Of a stretch of DNA of 64,000 bases, positions 1 through 9,049 are shown one piece after another. A program made the translations under genes and the position numbers. Each line of letters starts with the position of its first letter. Position 1 is the stretch's first letter. Location: assembly GCA_963833425.1 (NCBI GenBank), contig CAWHXP010000004.1, forward strand, positions 1-64,000. The letters are read 5' to 3'. A model generated the notes under the pieces. That model had not been told where the DNA came from and did no database searches. It saw only the letters and a program-made list of their open reading frames with translations. The stretch comes from an uncultured Methanosarcinaceae archaeon. GTDB taxonomy: Archaea > Halobacteriota > Methanosarcinia > Methanosarcinales > Methanosarcinaceae.

Positions 1-82
1 TCTATGCATAAGAAAGCTGTTTATATTCAAAACTTAATCCAGGAAAACGGTAGTCATAACAATTCAGCTTGGATAAAAAAGC

Positions 83-290
83 ATGACAAAAATTACCTTT
101 AATCAATTTGCATTGAAAACTGTTTTAATTCTTATCCTTACACTACTAAGTGCTTCTGCTACATCAGACAACCTTCGAGAGCTTGATATAATAAAGGAAT
201 TAGTCGAGTAAACTAAGCAAATTAGATGAAGCCATAAAAGCATATGACAAAGCAATTGAAATTAAGCTGCTGTTTTCAAAGTCAAGGTAA
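83..290 (+). pseudogene. TPR-protein remnant
   Basis: Encodes DEAIKAYDKAIEIK at ~226-267, matching the TPR repeats of 39010..39855; no intact ORF. Confidence 0.5.
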
Positions 291-568
291 CTAAACACTG
301 ACGTCTGAAATTTAATATAAAAAGCTTCAAAGAACAGATTAAAGAGAAAGATTTGAATAAGAATCCTATTAAAAATAAATCAGAGGTATAATCCTCTGTA
401 AATTTGTTGAATTTTTATTTGGTTGGAGCTCCAGGTGCTGGAGCTCACGTTTGAGTTCCAGTTTGATTTTAATTTTGGTCTTGGGTTTTCGCGTTCTTAA
501 GTTCTTATTTTTTACCAATTTATAATAATTTATATAATTTCGTAGCCGAGACTTAACATTTAAATCGG

Positions 569-790
569 TTACCAGCCCCAACTGCCGTAGCCGCCCCAGG
601 GATCGTACCAAGGCCAGCCGCCGTAGCCACCATAGCCACCAAAACCACCCCAGCCACCATAGCCGCCACCACGACCGCCAAAGCCGCCGCCGCGTGCTTC
701 AACTGCTACTGATGTCAACGATACAACAAAAAGTACTATCAGCGAAATCGCAAGTACCTTTTTCATTTTACTAGACGATTGTTTCAACAT
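569..790 (-). CDS. small secreted Gly/Tyr/Trp-rich protein
   Basis: Signal-peptide-like MKKVLAISLIVLFVVSLTSVAVEA followed by GGY/GGW repeats; AGGTGA RBS upstream. Confidence 0.75.
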   Translation of the reverse strand: MLKQSSSKMKKVLAISLIVLFVVSLTSVAVEARGGGFGGRGGGYGGWGGFGGYGGYGGWPWYDPWGGYGSWGW

Positions 791-992
791 TTATTTCACC
801 TATTTTATTTTTTCATCATTTTGTACTCAAATTTATCTGTTATATCAAAATCGATATTAACCAACTGATTTTTTGTAGGTTGAATAGTTACATCTGCTAT
901 TTTATGTTCAAGTATATATTTGTCTGATAAAATCACATACTCTCTAATGCGTGTTTTATTTATGGCATTATTTTATGAATCTTCTAACTTTT

Positions 993-1916
993 TTATATTG
1001 TTTTTACTTGTACCGGTAAATTTGCAACAAAGCTAGCATCATGCATACCTTTCCTGACAGATTGCACTACAGCCGGTTTCACTCCCGCTCTTCTGGCAAT
1101 TTCGTCATCACTTAAGCCGCTCTTTCTGATGCCAACGAGTATGTCGTCCAACTTGAGATAAGATAAACCAATTAACTTTTCGTTTGGCATGCTGTCCCCA
1201 AACAGGTCAGCAGAAGATGCTTTGTTTACGATGTGATCAGGTACCCCAATATGCTTAGCCAGCTGTTTAATCTGCGTTTTGTATAGATGCGACATGATAG
1301 AAATGTCACAGGCACCATCACCATACCGGTCGTACACGCCCATAGTTAACTCGGAATTGTCATCGGTGCCCACAAGTAGGTAATTTTTGAGAGTGGTATA
1401 GAAATATAATATAGTCATCCTAAAGTGTATTTTTGCTGCCCCAACAGCCATATAGTCCTTAACAGATGTGGAACATGCACCTACAGTAGCCGCTTGGTTG
1501 AATTTTTCAGGCACCTTATCACTGACTATGGCAACGTTTTTGAAGGCCTGCTCTATGTCAAGACCTTTTTCGCGAGAAAGGATGTCGTACGCACCCAGCT
1601 CTTTTAGAAAAGGTGAGATAACGATCTTCTGGTGAGGTATTCCGAGGCTCTTAGCCAAGTTCATACCGTCGTCTGTGTTCTGTGGCTTAGTATCACGATC
1701 GGGCAGTATAAGACCGAAAACCTTATCCTTGCCTAGTGCTTCAACACACAGGTACGCAACTGTCGATGAATCAAGCCCACCAGAAAGGCCAACCACTACG
1801 CCATCTTTTTTAAAATTTTTTACCTCTTTCTTAACAAATTCAACGATTTCCTTCCGGGTCTTTTCTGCGTCAAATTTCAGATATTCCGGGAAGCCTAATT
1901 TTTCTGTTTCTGTCAT
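993..1916 (-). CDS. nadE: NH3-dependent NAD+ synthetase family protein (divergent)
   Basis: GLSGGLDSS PP-loop, LVGT..SE..G..RYGDG, LYKTQI, SADL motifs; no glutaminase domain; start at MTETEK after GGAGATGA RBS. Confidence 0.85.
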   Translation of the reverse strand: MTETEKLGFPEYLKFDAEKTRKEIVEFVKKEVKNFKKDGVVVGLSGGLDSSTVAYLCVEALGKDKVFGLILPDRDTKPQNTDDGMNLAKSLGIPHQKIVISPFLKELGAYDILSREKGLDIEQAFKNVAIVSDKVPEKFNQAATVGACSTSVKDYMAVGAAKIHFRMTILYFYTTLKNYLLVGTDDNSELTMGVYDRYGDGACDISIMSHLYKTQIKQLAKHIGVPDHIVNKASSADLFGDSMPNEKLIGLSYLKLDDILVGIRKSGLSDDEIARRAGVKPAVVQSVRKGMHDASFVANLPVQVKTI

Positions 1917-2051
1917 AAAATCATCTCCATATAGTTTCAATTTTCTCACACACTGAATCTACAGCAGGACTTACGCGCTTAGATATATAATCAACAGCAA
2001 TAGGCCAATAACTTTCTAATCCTGCTATAGATAAAAATAATAAACAAAGAT

Positions 2052-2083
2052 TATTTAAACATGTTGTTACCATTGTGGTGACA
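2052..2083 (-). promoter_or_regulatory. palindromic operator TGTTAC-N7-GTGACA plus TTTAAATA TATA box facing nadE
   Basis: Same motif and 5-nt spacing to TATA as at 3344-3375 and 4719-4750. Confidence 0.65.
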
Positions 2084-2256
2084 TTTGTTTTAAGATAAAT
2101 CTTCAGTTAATTTGTAAACTTGAAAAGCTCGAGCTAACCGAAAATGAAGAAAAAAATGTAGCAGTTTAGATGTTAAAAATATGAACAAAATACGTTGGCA
2201 GAATTCTTGGGAGGAGATTTTAGCTTACTTGAATATTCGGATCAAATGTATTAATT

Positions 2257-2409
2257 TGCCTTTGTAGCAAAAATAATATTTCGGCTGTTTGTACCATAAT
2301 TCTTACCATTAAATTTTATTTTTCCGGTTATGAGAATTATTATTTTTTTTCCTTATTGTGAAGGTTTACACTGATTTTTTAATAGAGTCAGATTTTTTGT
2401 ACCAGAACA
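2257..2409. mobile_element. degenerate IS6-type MITE
   Basis: Ends TGTAGCAAAAATAATATTT ... CAGATTTTTTGTACCAGAAC resemble the ends of the MITE at 10074-10193. Confidence 0.45.
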
Positions 2410-2573
2410 GATTAGTCACGGTTAAGGTTACTTCCCTACTAATACTATCCTATTTCAAATGTCTCCTGCAAAACTTACTATTTTCAGTGAATTCCTCTCA
2501 TAATTTTTTATAACTAAACACTTGCAGAAGAGTTAAGAAATTTGAGAAATTTGGTTAACTCTAAAAATAGCTG

Positions 2574-3344
2574 TTACCTGTCTTCTATGATATAACTTGG
2601 CTCAATTAGTCTTTCATAGATTGATTTTTGTAAATAGGCTACCATAGGCAAGTTAATTATCAAGCCTTCTCTTTTGTTCCCTGGTCTGTAAACTGTTATT
2701 GATACCTTTCCATCAGCAATCATAAAAAATTCTTCTTTATACTGAACACCGTCAATTGCAATTTTATTCATAAAACTTGTAAACTTTTTTGAAGTTTCTC
2801 TGAAATCAAGAGACATTGATGTGAACTTGTCCAGTTTATCAACGATAAGCTTTACACTATAAATTTTTTCTACTTTATTTATCTCGGGCTCTAACTCCTT
2901 TAGAAATTCGGGATTGGTAGAATAGATAATCAATTCTTCCCTAATTCCGTCTATGATTTCACGTATACGGGTCTTCAGTACACGGTCACTCTGAATATAC
3001 CAAACAGGAGAATTTTTTGGGAGTTCATAGTTTAGTTCCTTGAACTGGTTAAGTGTATCGATTGAGCAGTTTAAAAAATCGTCTCTTATTTCTTCTATTA
3101 CATTTTTGGGATCAACTGCTCGGAAATATGTTGGAGATCCCTGCCTCACTTCAAGATAGCCTTTTTTCGCAAGCGCGTTAAGAATCTCATAGACTTTAGA
3201 TCTCGGAACATTTGTAACTTCATGAATCGCACTAGCCGTAGCTTCTCCCAAACTCACAAGTCCTACATATGTTTTTGCTTCATTTTCGGTTAGCCCGAGC
3301 TTTTCAAGATTACGAATTAACTGAAGATTTATTTGTGGATGCAT
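2574..3344 (-). CDS. TrmB-family transcriptional regulator
   Basis: LEKLGLTENEAKTYVGL...VPRSKVYEILNALAKKGYL winged HTH; C-terminal FMIADGK effector domain. Confidence 0.9.
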   Translation of the reverse strand: MHPQINLQLIRNLEKLGLTENEAKTYVGLVSLGEATASAIHEVTNVPRSKVYEILNALAKKGYLEVRQGSPTYFRAVDPKNVIEEIRDDFLNCSIDTLNQFKELNYELPKNSPVWYIQSDRVLKTRIREIIDGIREELIIYSTNPEFLKELEPEINKVEKIYSVKLIVDKLDKFTSMSLDFRETSKKFTSFMNKIAIDGVQYKEEFFMIADGKVSITVYRPGNKREGLIINLPMVAYLQKSIYERLIEPSYIIEDR

Positions 3345-3375
3345 GTTACCACCATAGTAACAACAAATTTAAATA
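3344..3375. promoter_or_regulatory. palindromic operator TGTTAC-N7-GTAACA plus TATA; probable leaderless trmB promoter
   Basis: Operator 3344-3362 abuts the trmB ATG; TTTAAATA at 3368-3375. Confidence 0.65.
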
Positions 3376-3427
3376 ACTTTCTGTTTTATTGTCTGTATCC
3401 TATTAGTATAAACTAAACAAAGTGGTA

Positions 3428-3540
3428 GGATTCAAGGTTAGTGAAAGTGAAAGAAACATCAAACTTTACCAGACACAACATGGTGAAGTCGCATATAATA
3501 TTTGATTGACTACAGGTAAAGGTTTACCTGTATTTTTCGA
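3428..3540 (+). pseudogene. amtB 3'-end remnant with its terminator hairpin (duplicate of ~6303-6410)
   Basis: GTTAGTGAAAGTGAA...CATGGTGAAGTCGCATATAA...TACAGGTA..TACCTGTATTTTTC is shared with the amtB 3' end. Confidence 0.85.
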
Positions 3541-3583
3541 AAAACCTCTCAATTAATAAGTAGAGATAATAGGAAGTGGTAAC

Positions 3584-4117
3584 ATGGCTGAAAGACAAGT
3601 TGAAAATGTGGTTATCGAAATCCCAAGAGGAAGTCGGAATAAGTATGAGTATGATAGAGACAAAAAAGTTTTCAAACTCGATAGAGTGCTTTTTTCTTCA
3701 ATTGTGTATCCATGTGAATATGGTTTTTTTCCAAATACTTTAGCACTTGACGGAGACCCTTTAGATGCACTTGTTTTAACATCGGAACCTACATTTCCGG
3801 GATGTGAAATAGATGTGTACCCGGTTGCATTGTTTGACATGGAAGATTATGACGGAAGAGACCAGAAGATACTATGTGTTCCAAAAAATGATCCATTATG
3901 TAACATTGTAGAAATGCTTGAGAAAGTTCCCCCGCATTTATTAGCGAAAATCACTGACTTTTTTGAAAATTATAAGAAATTAGAGAAAAAAAAAGTGATA
4001 GTTATGGGTTGGAAAGGTCTCGAAGAAGCTGTCAGCATACTCAATGAAACTAAATCTCGATATCTGGTAGCATATAAAAATATGGAGAGTGAAATGAATG
4101 TTGAAACAATCATCTAG
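3584..4117 (+). CDS. ppa: family I soluble inorganic pyrophosphatase
   Basis: IEIPRGSRNKYE, YGFFPNT, DGDPLDALV, D.KILCVP, FFENYK motifs. Confidence 0.93.
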   Translation: MAERQVENVVIEIPRGSRNKYEYDRDKKVFKLDRVLFSSIVYPCEYGFFPNTLALDGDPLDALVLTSEPTFPGCEIDVYPVALFDMEDYDGRDQKILCVPKNDPLCNIVEMLEKVPPHLLAKITDFFENYKKLEKKKVIVMGWKGLEEAVSILNETKSRYLVAYKNMESEMNVETII

Positions 4118-4121
4118 TAAA

Positions 4122-4370
4122 ATGAAAAAGATACTGGCTATTTTGCTGGCAGTTTTTTTGTTTAGTCTGTGACAGCAATGGCAGTGGGTGCACATGGCGG
4201 CGTTAGATATACTAACGGTTATGGAGATGGGTATGGTTGAGTATAGTAGCGATTATGGCCAAGGCGGTATTTATAATACCCTATATTATGCTGGGAACCC
4301 TTACAGAGATTATACAGCCGCAAACCAACCAAATTACGCAGGTTATATCTATTAATCATGGAGAGCTATC
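4122..4370 (+). pseudogene. frameshifted paralog of the small secreted Gly/Tyr-rich protein
   Basis: MKKILAILLAVFLF then a frameshift to VTAMAVGAHGGVRYTNGYGDGYG. Confidence 0.55.
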
Positions 4371-4529
4371 TCTAGCTATTTAGGACTTACTCAGTTTAAA
4401 TAAGTAAAGATCACTTATTGCGCTGAAAAATTTAATATTGAACATATCGACCAAGTTCTGTTTTTTTCACCAGAACTCTATGAACTATTTTTTTAAGGTT
4501 ACTCCCTTACCTATACCCTCCTATCTTTT

Positions 4530-4718
4530 TATTTTGGGCTCAAACTCCTGCAAAAATTTGGGACTAGTAAAAGATAATCAATTCTTCCCTAATTCCGTCT
4601 ATAATTTCACGAGCTGTAGCTTCTCTCAAACTCAAAGTCCTACCTACGCTTTTGCTTCATTTTCGATTTGCTCGAGCTTTTGAAGATACGAATTAACTGA
4701 AGATTTATTTGCAGATAT
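4530..4718 (-). pseudogene. internally deleted trmB duplicate
   Basis: Blocks match trmB 2885-2963 (GATAATCAATTCTTCCCTAATTCCGTCTAT) and 3235-3340. Confidence 0.85.
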
Positions 4719-4750
4719 TGTTACCACTAAAGTAACAACAAATTTAAATA
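4719..4750 (+). promoter_or_regulatory. operator TGTTAC-N7-GTAACA plus TATA upstream of glnK-amtB
   Basis: TGTTACCACTAAAGTAACA at 4719-4737; TTTAAATA at 4743-4750. Confidence 0.65.
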
Positions 4751-4823
4751 ATTTTCTGATTTATTGTCTGTATCCTATAAAGTACAAACTACGTATGTAG
4801 AACATCTATTGGTGGTGATTTCT

Positions 4824-5174
4824 TTGAAATATATAATCGCAATGATAAGACCTGAAAAGCTTGATGCAGTCAAAAACGAGCTTCAAAAAATTGAAGTAAA
4901 TGGACTTACAGTGTCATCCGTTTCAGGCTACGGTTCTCAGAGAGGATATTTGGAATTGGATAGAAATAAAGCTCAAAATTACGAAGCACACCTGCTTGAA
5001 ATGATCAAACTTGAGATTGCAGTTAATGATTTTAGTCTTCAAATGACGATGGACGCAATCAAGAGAGGAGCAAAAGACGAAGACGGCTATGTCGGGAGCG
5101 GAAAAATATTCGTACTGCCTTTAGAGAATGCAATCAGAATTCGTACTAGTGAAAAAGGATCCGATGCTATTTAA
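4824..5174 (+). CDS. glnK: PII nitrogen regulatory protein
   Basis: KYIIAMIRPEKL, GYGSQRG, GSGKIFV, IRIRT motifs; TTG start after GGTGGTGA; directly upstream of amtB. Confidence 0.9.
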   Translation: MKYIIAMIRPEKLDAVKNELQKIEVNGLTVSSVSGYGSQRGYLELDRNKAQNYEAHLLEMIKLEIAVNDFSLQMTMDAIKRGAKDEDGYVGSGKIFVLPLENAIRIRTSEKGSDAI

Positions 5175-5187
5175 GTGGTGATCGAAA

Positions 5188-6381
5188 ATGACTATTGTAG
5201 CAGCAGATACTGCGTGGGTATTGATTTCTTCAGCACTTGTATTATTAATGCTTCCTGGGCTTGCACTATTCTATGGAGGGCTAGTCCAGCGTAAAAATGT
5301 CTTGAGCAGCATGATGCATTCATTTGTTGCAATGGGCGTCATAGCTGTTGAATGGGTGATACTAGGTTATTCGCTTGCTTTTGCGCCGGGAAACTCGTTC
5401 ATAGGCGGCCTTGACAATATCTTTTTAAGAGGCATTAATCCTTACACTTTAACAGGTACCATCCCAACATATGCGTTTATTGCGTTTCAGGGTATGTTTG
5501 CAATAATTACTCCCGCCCTTATTTCAGGTGCTATTGTGGGCCGTATCAAATTCAAGTCTTATATTACATTCATCTTATTGTGGGGTATCCTCGTCTATGC
5601 TCCTATAGCTCATTGGGTATGGGGTGGTGGATTTCTCACGGGAAAGGACCTTGACTTTGCAGGTGGCACGGTTGTCCATATATCATCCGGTATATCCTCC
5701 CTTGCAATTTTAACTTATCTGGGCAAGAGAAGGGGATATGGAGTGGATTCGCTCAAACCTCACAACATCACATTCACTCTAATTGGCGCTGGGCTACTCT
5801 GGTTCGGATGGTTCGGGTTCAATGCCGGTTCTGCCCTTGCTGCAAACGAGATCGCAGCAGTTGCATTTTTGACCACTTTAGTGGCACCAGCAACTGCAGG
5901 CCTTTGTTGGATGGCTCTAGAATGGCATCACTTAGGTCATCCAACATCGCTTGGTTTTTCAACAGGAGTTCTGGCTGGATTAGTCGCAATCACCCCTGCA
6001 GCTGGTTACGTCACACCCGCAGCAGCGATTCCAATTGGTCTAATAGCAGGTATCATATGTTATAAAGCTGTGGAACTCAAAGGAAAGTTTGGATACGATG
6101 ATTCCCTGGATGTTTTCGGCGTCCACGGGGTCGGTGGAATGACAGGGGCACTTTTGACTGGTGTATTTGCAAGTGTAGGGGCATCAGGGCTCCTTTTTGG
6201 TAATTCTAGTCAAATGATAACTCAGCTTGAAGGTATCGTTGCATCAGCTGTATATGCAGCCGTCGGCACATTGATTATCGGATTTGTGATCAATAAAACG
6301 ATGGGACTCAAAGTTAGTGAAAGTGAAGAAAACATCGGACTTGACCAAACACAGCATGGTGAAGTCGCATATAACACTTAA
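5188..6381 (+). CDS. amtB: ammonium transporter
   Basis: DFAGGTVVH, WFGWFGFNAGS, DDSLDVFGVHG; twin-His retained. Confidence 0.95.
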   Translation: MTIVAADTAWVLISSALVLLMLPGLALFYGGLVQRKNVLSSMMHSFVAMGVIAVEWVILGYSLAFAPGNSFIGGLDNIFLRGINPYTLTGTIPTYAFIAFQGMFAIITPALISGAIVGRIKFKSYITFILLWGILVYAPIAHWVWGGGFLTGKDLDFAGGTVVHISSGISSLAILTYLGKRRGYGVDSLKPHNITFTLIGAGLLWFGWFGFNAGSALAANEIAAVAFLTTLVAPATAGLCWMALEWHHLGHPTSLGFSTGVLAGLVAITPAAGYVTPAAAIPIGLIAGIICYKAVELKGKFGYDDSLDVFGVHGVGGMTGALLTGVFASVGASGLLFGNSSQMITQLEGIVASAVYAAVGTLIIGFVINKTMGLKVSESEENIGLDQTQHGEVAYNT

Positions 6382-6382
6382 G

Positions 6383-6410
6383 TACAGGTATACCTTTACC
6401 TGTATTTTTC
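6383..6410 (+). terminator. hairpin + T-tract after amtB
   Basis: TACAGGTA-N6-TACCTGTA-TTTTT; the copy at 3511-3537 keeps the stem with a different loop. Confidence 0.65.
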
Positions 6411-6451
6411 AAATTTTGGTCATGGACATCTAAAGACTTTTCTCAAAACCA

Positions 6452-7231
6452 ATGATTCCAGAACAAGCATCACTTTCGGTTATGGTGACTGGCATGGATC
6501 TAAAAGATGTTATTTCAATTGTATCACTTATATTAACTGTAATAATAGCGACGTTTACCTTTAGACTTAATAGTGAGCAAACAAAAATTAAGCACGTTTT
6601 AAAGCATGACATCATGAATCGTTTTTTAAGTTGTTATAGGGACATTAATCAACTTAATGACTACATTTGGCTTGCTTATAAAATTGGTGCACCTATAAAT
6701 AGAGATTTTGTTTTAGAGTTTTACTCAAAGAAAGCATTCGAACTTAGTGATATTCAAAGCACTGGTCATTATTTCTATATTTTTAAAGTGATAGAAATTT
6801 TTATGATTGGAACAAATATTAAATCAGAAAAACAAAATATAATAAAAAGCTACGAGTCGTATGTTAAAGCTTCAAAGGCGGAATATACTTATGATGTGAG
6901 TCCATTCTTAAATGATTATTTGAACAAAAACAGTAATAGAGAAGTTAATGATATACTGAGGGAGCTTATATACAACAGTTGGCATCATCTTCTTTGTATA
7001 ATTCAAAAGTTAAAATCTGAGCCCAACTCTATTGAAGACTCTAACCTCATTAAATTTACAGGAATGGAGATTAATACCCAAGAAGACCGCGAAAGAGCAT
7101 TTATCATGTACACCATTTTGAATAGTTATAGTAAAAATATTAAATTTTTGTTAAGTTTTTTATATTGTTATGAAAACTCACTTAAAAAACAAGTTGATAA
7201 AGTGGTAGACTCTACATTGCTGCCGTTTTGA
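6452..7231 (+). CDS. hypothetical protein with N-terminal TM helix
   Basis: 259-aa AT-rich ORF; hydrophobic VISIVSLILTVIIATFTF; start may be MDLKD. Confidence 0.65.
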   Translation: MIPEQASLSVMVTGMDLKDVISIVSLILTVIIATFTFRLNSEQTKIKHVLKHDIMNRFLSCYRDINQLNDYIWLAYKIGAPINRDFVLEFYSKKAFELSDIQSTGHYFYIFKVIEIFMIGTNIKSEKQNIIKSYESYVKASKAEYTYDVSPFLNDYLNKNSNREVNDILRELIYNSWHHLLCIIQKLKSEPNSIEDSNLIKFTGMEINTQEDRERAFIMYTILNSYSKNIKFLLSFLYCYENSLKKQVDKVVDSTLLPF

Positions 7232-7593
7232 TTAAGTAAAAATAATATTAAAGTTAGATTTTTAGACCGTAATCTGTTGTAACATGGTTAGGCCCCTTTG
7301 TAAAAATTACAGTACAAGTATGTAAATTATGGATGACGAACAAAAGTCAAAATATCCGAGGGAAATTTATCAATATTATAAACCTGTTCCAAATAGCTGA
7401 TTTATATATATGACTTCACCAAGAACAGAGTAATTTAAATTATTGATTTGTTCTTTTTTAATCACATCCAAAGCTTCAATTACTTTTAAAGTCTTACTTA
7501 AGAGCAAGAATCCTGAAAGCCTAGCTTTTAGTTTTTTTTAAATACTCTAACATTATTTTTTTCTTATTTTTCCTATTTATATTTAGAATTTAG

Positions 7594-7705
7594 GCTAATT
7601 AATTTCAGTGTTCTATGAGCTCCATATGTTCTATAAGTTATATAAGTTGTATAAGTTCTATGAGTTTCCTGAGTAATAGATTAGCAATATTTTCTCATTT
7701 TGAGT
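7594..7705 (-). repeat. 9-bp-unit array module, inverted copy
   Basis: Reverse complement aligns with 16665-16755; about 8 units of CTYATRGAR. Confidence 0.75.
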
Positions 7706-7707
7706 GA

Positions 7708-7858
7708 TGCACAGTTTTTGTAATAAAATCTATGAATTTCCTAAATGCCATCAGTAATAAGAAAACATTGCTAGTCTAGGATTCGTAGAACACATGGAGC
7801 TTATATGACTCATAGAACATGTAGAGCTCATAGAACATGTGAAACTAATTAAACTAAC
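7708..7858 (+). repeat. 9-bp-unit array module
   Basis: Leader TTTTGTAATAAAATCTATGAATTTCCTAAATGCCATCAGTAAT shared with the copy at 8761; 7 units at 7782-7844. Confidence 0.8.
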
Positions 7859-8100
7859 CACAGTCCAAAATTCAAATTTGCAATTCTGTAAAAAAATTTG
7901 AAAAAAACCAATAAAAACGACTTTTATTTTCATGCTCGATAACAAAATTAAGATGAAGCAAACAGTAGATTTTATAGTTAAAGTCATTATTTTCGTTGTA
8001 TTTTTGAGTATTTTAGTAGGATTATTTGCTTTTTTTACTTATTGAAATAGACTTAATATTAGGACCAGAATCTAATCCGCTTACTAATTAGTTTTTGTTT

Positions 8101-8234
8101 TACTATTTAGAATATATGCAAAAAATATATATTTAGTAAACTCTATCGTAATCATTGGTATCCAGTACTTCGCTGTAGATTTTCCAGCAGGCTGCAGGCA
8201 AAGACCCTCTGCAGCTACAAGATTAAACTTTCTT
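8101..8234 (+). ncRNA. candidate promoter + ~80-nt hairpin RNA, copy A
   Basis: Aligns with the reverse complements of 13166-13301 and 19204-19341; stem GCTGCAG/CTGCAGC. Confidence 0.5.
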
Positions 8235-8315
8235 GGTATAATAGAACACAACCAATTATTTTCAGGAGTTTGGGTTATTACCAAAAAATATTGTAAAATA
8301 AGGAGATATTTCAAC

Positions 8316-8541
8316 ATGTGTCAAGAACATTCTATGATAGAACCAGGATCTATAATGGAAACCGCTATGGAAGAGATGGGAGCTTCTGAGTGAAGAACAG
8401 AAAAAAAAAGTTGCAGTAATGAGAATGGATAAGTTATTAAAAATTTTGGAAATGAAAATCTCTGCTATGGAAAAGATGATAGAGATTAAAATAGAAGCTA
8501 TCGCTGATATTAAAAAAATTCAGGAAATGCTTGAAGAATAA
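8316..8541 (+). pseudogene. small Met/Glu/Lys-rich coiled-coil protein, frameshifted
   Basis: AAGGAG RBS; MCQEHSMIEPG...EEM / ELLSEEQKKK / VAVMRMDKLL...QEMLEE*; frame breaks, one in an A-run. Confidence 0.6.
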
Positions 8542-8760
8542 AAATAAATTCAGTAGAAGAAGATAAAAGAATTGAGTTCTGTATAAATTGTCTCAAATAC
8601 CAAATTAATGTACCTATTCACATAGCCTTCAAAGGCTAATTTTTTTCTAAATAAAACTTATTTTCCTATAAATTATTTCAGCATCCAACAATAATTTTAT
8701 ATTCATATTTACTTATTATTAATTTCAGAGTAAAGCTTCTATTTCTGTTATTTTAATTTG

Positions 8761-8897
8761 TGCACAACTTTTGTAATAAAATCTATGAATTTCCTAAATG
8801 CCATCAGTAATGAGGAAACATTATTGATCTCTGACTCATGGAGCTCATGGCACTCATCGAGCTTATGGAGCTTCTAGAACATTTGAAACTAATTTAT
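8761..8897 (+). repeat. 9-bp-unit array module
   Basis: Six units CTCATGGAG CTCATGGCA CTCATCGAG CTTATGGAG CTTCTAGAA CATTTGAAA at 8835-8888. Confidence 0.8.
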
Positions 8898-9049
8898 ATA
8901 AAGCGCCGTCATAGATAGTAAAACTTCAAAACGTTACTGCCACTGGTCATAGGCCTAATATATTAGAATACCTACAATCTATATAGTCAAAAATATGTAT
9001 ATGTATCTTTGATTCAAAAGATATATATTAGATCACATTCAACTATACG

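Noticed and set aside
7594..8897. CRISPR array interpretation of the short repeats
   Set aside because: Units are contiguous degenerate 9-mers without unique spacers; no cas genes in the window
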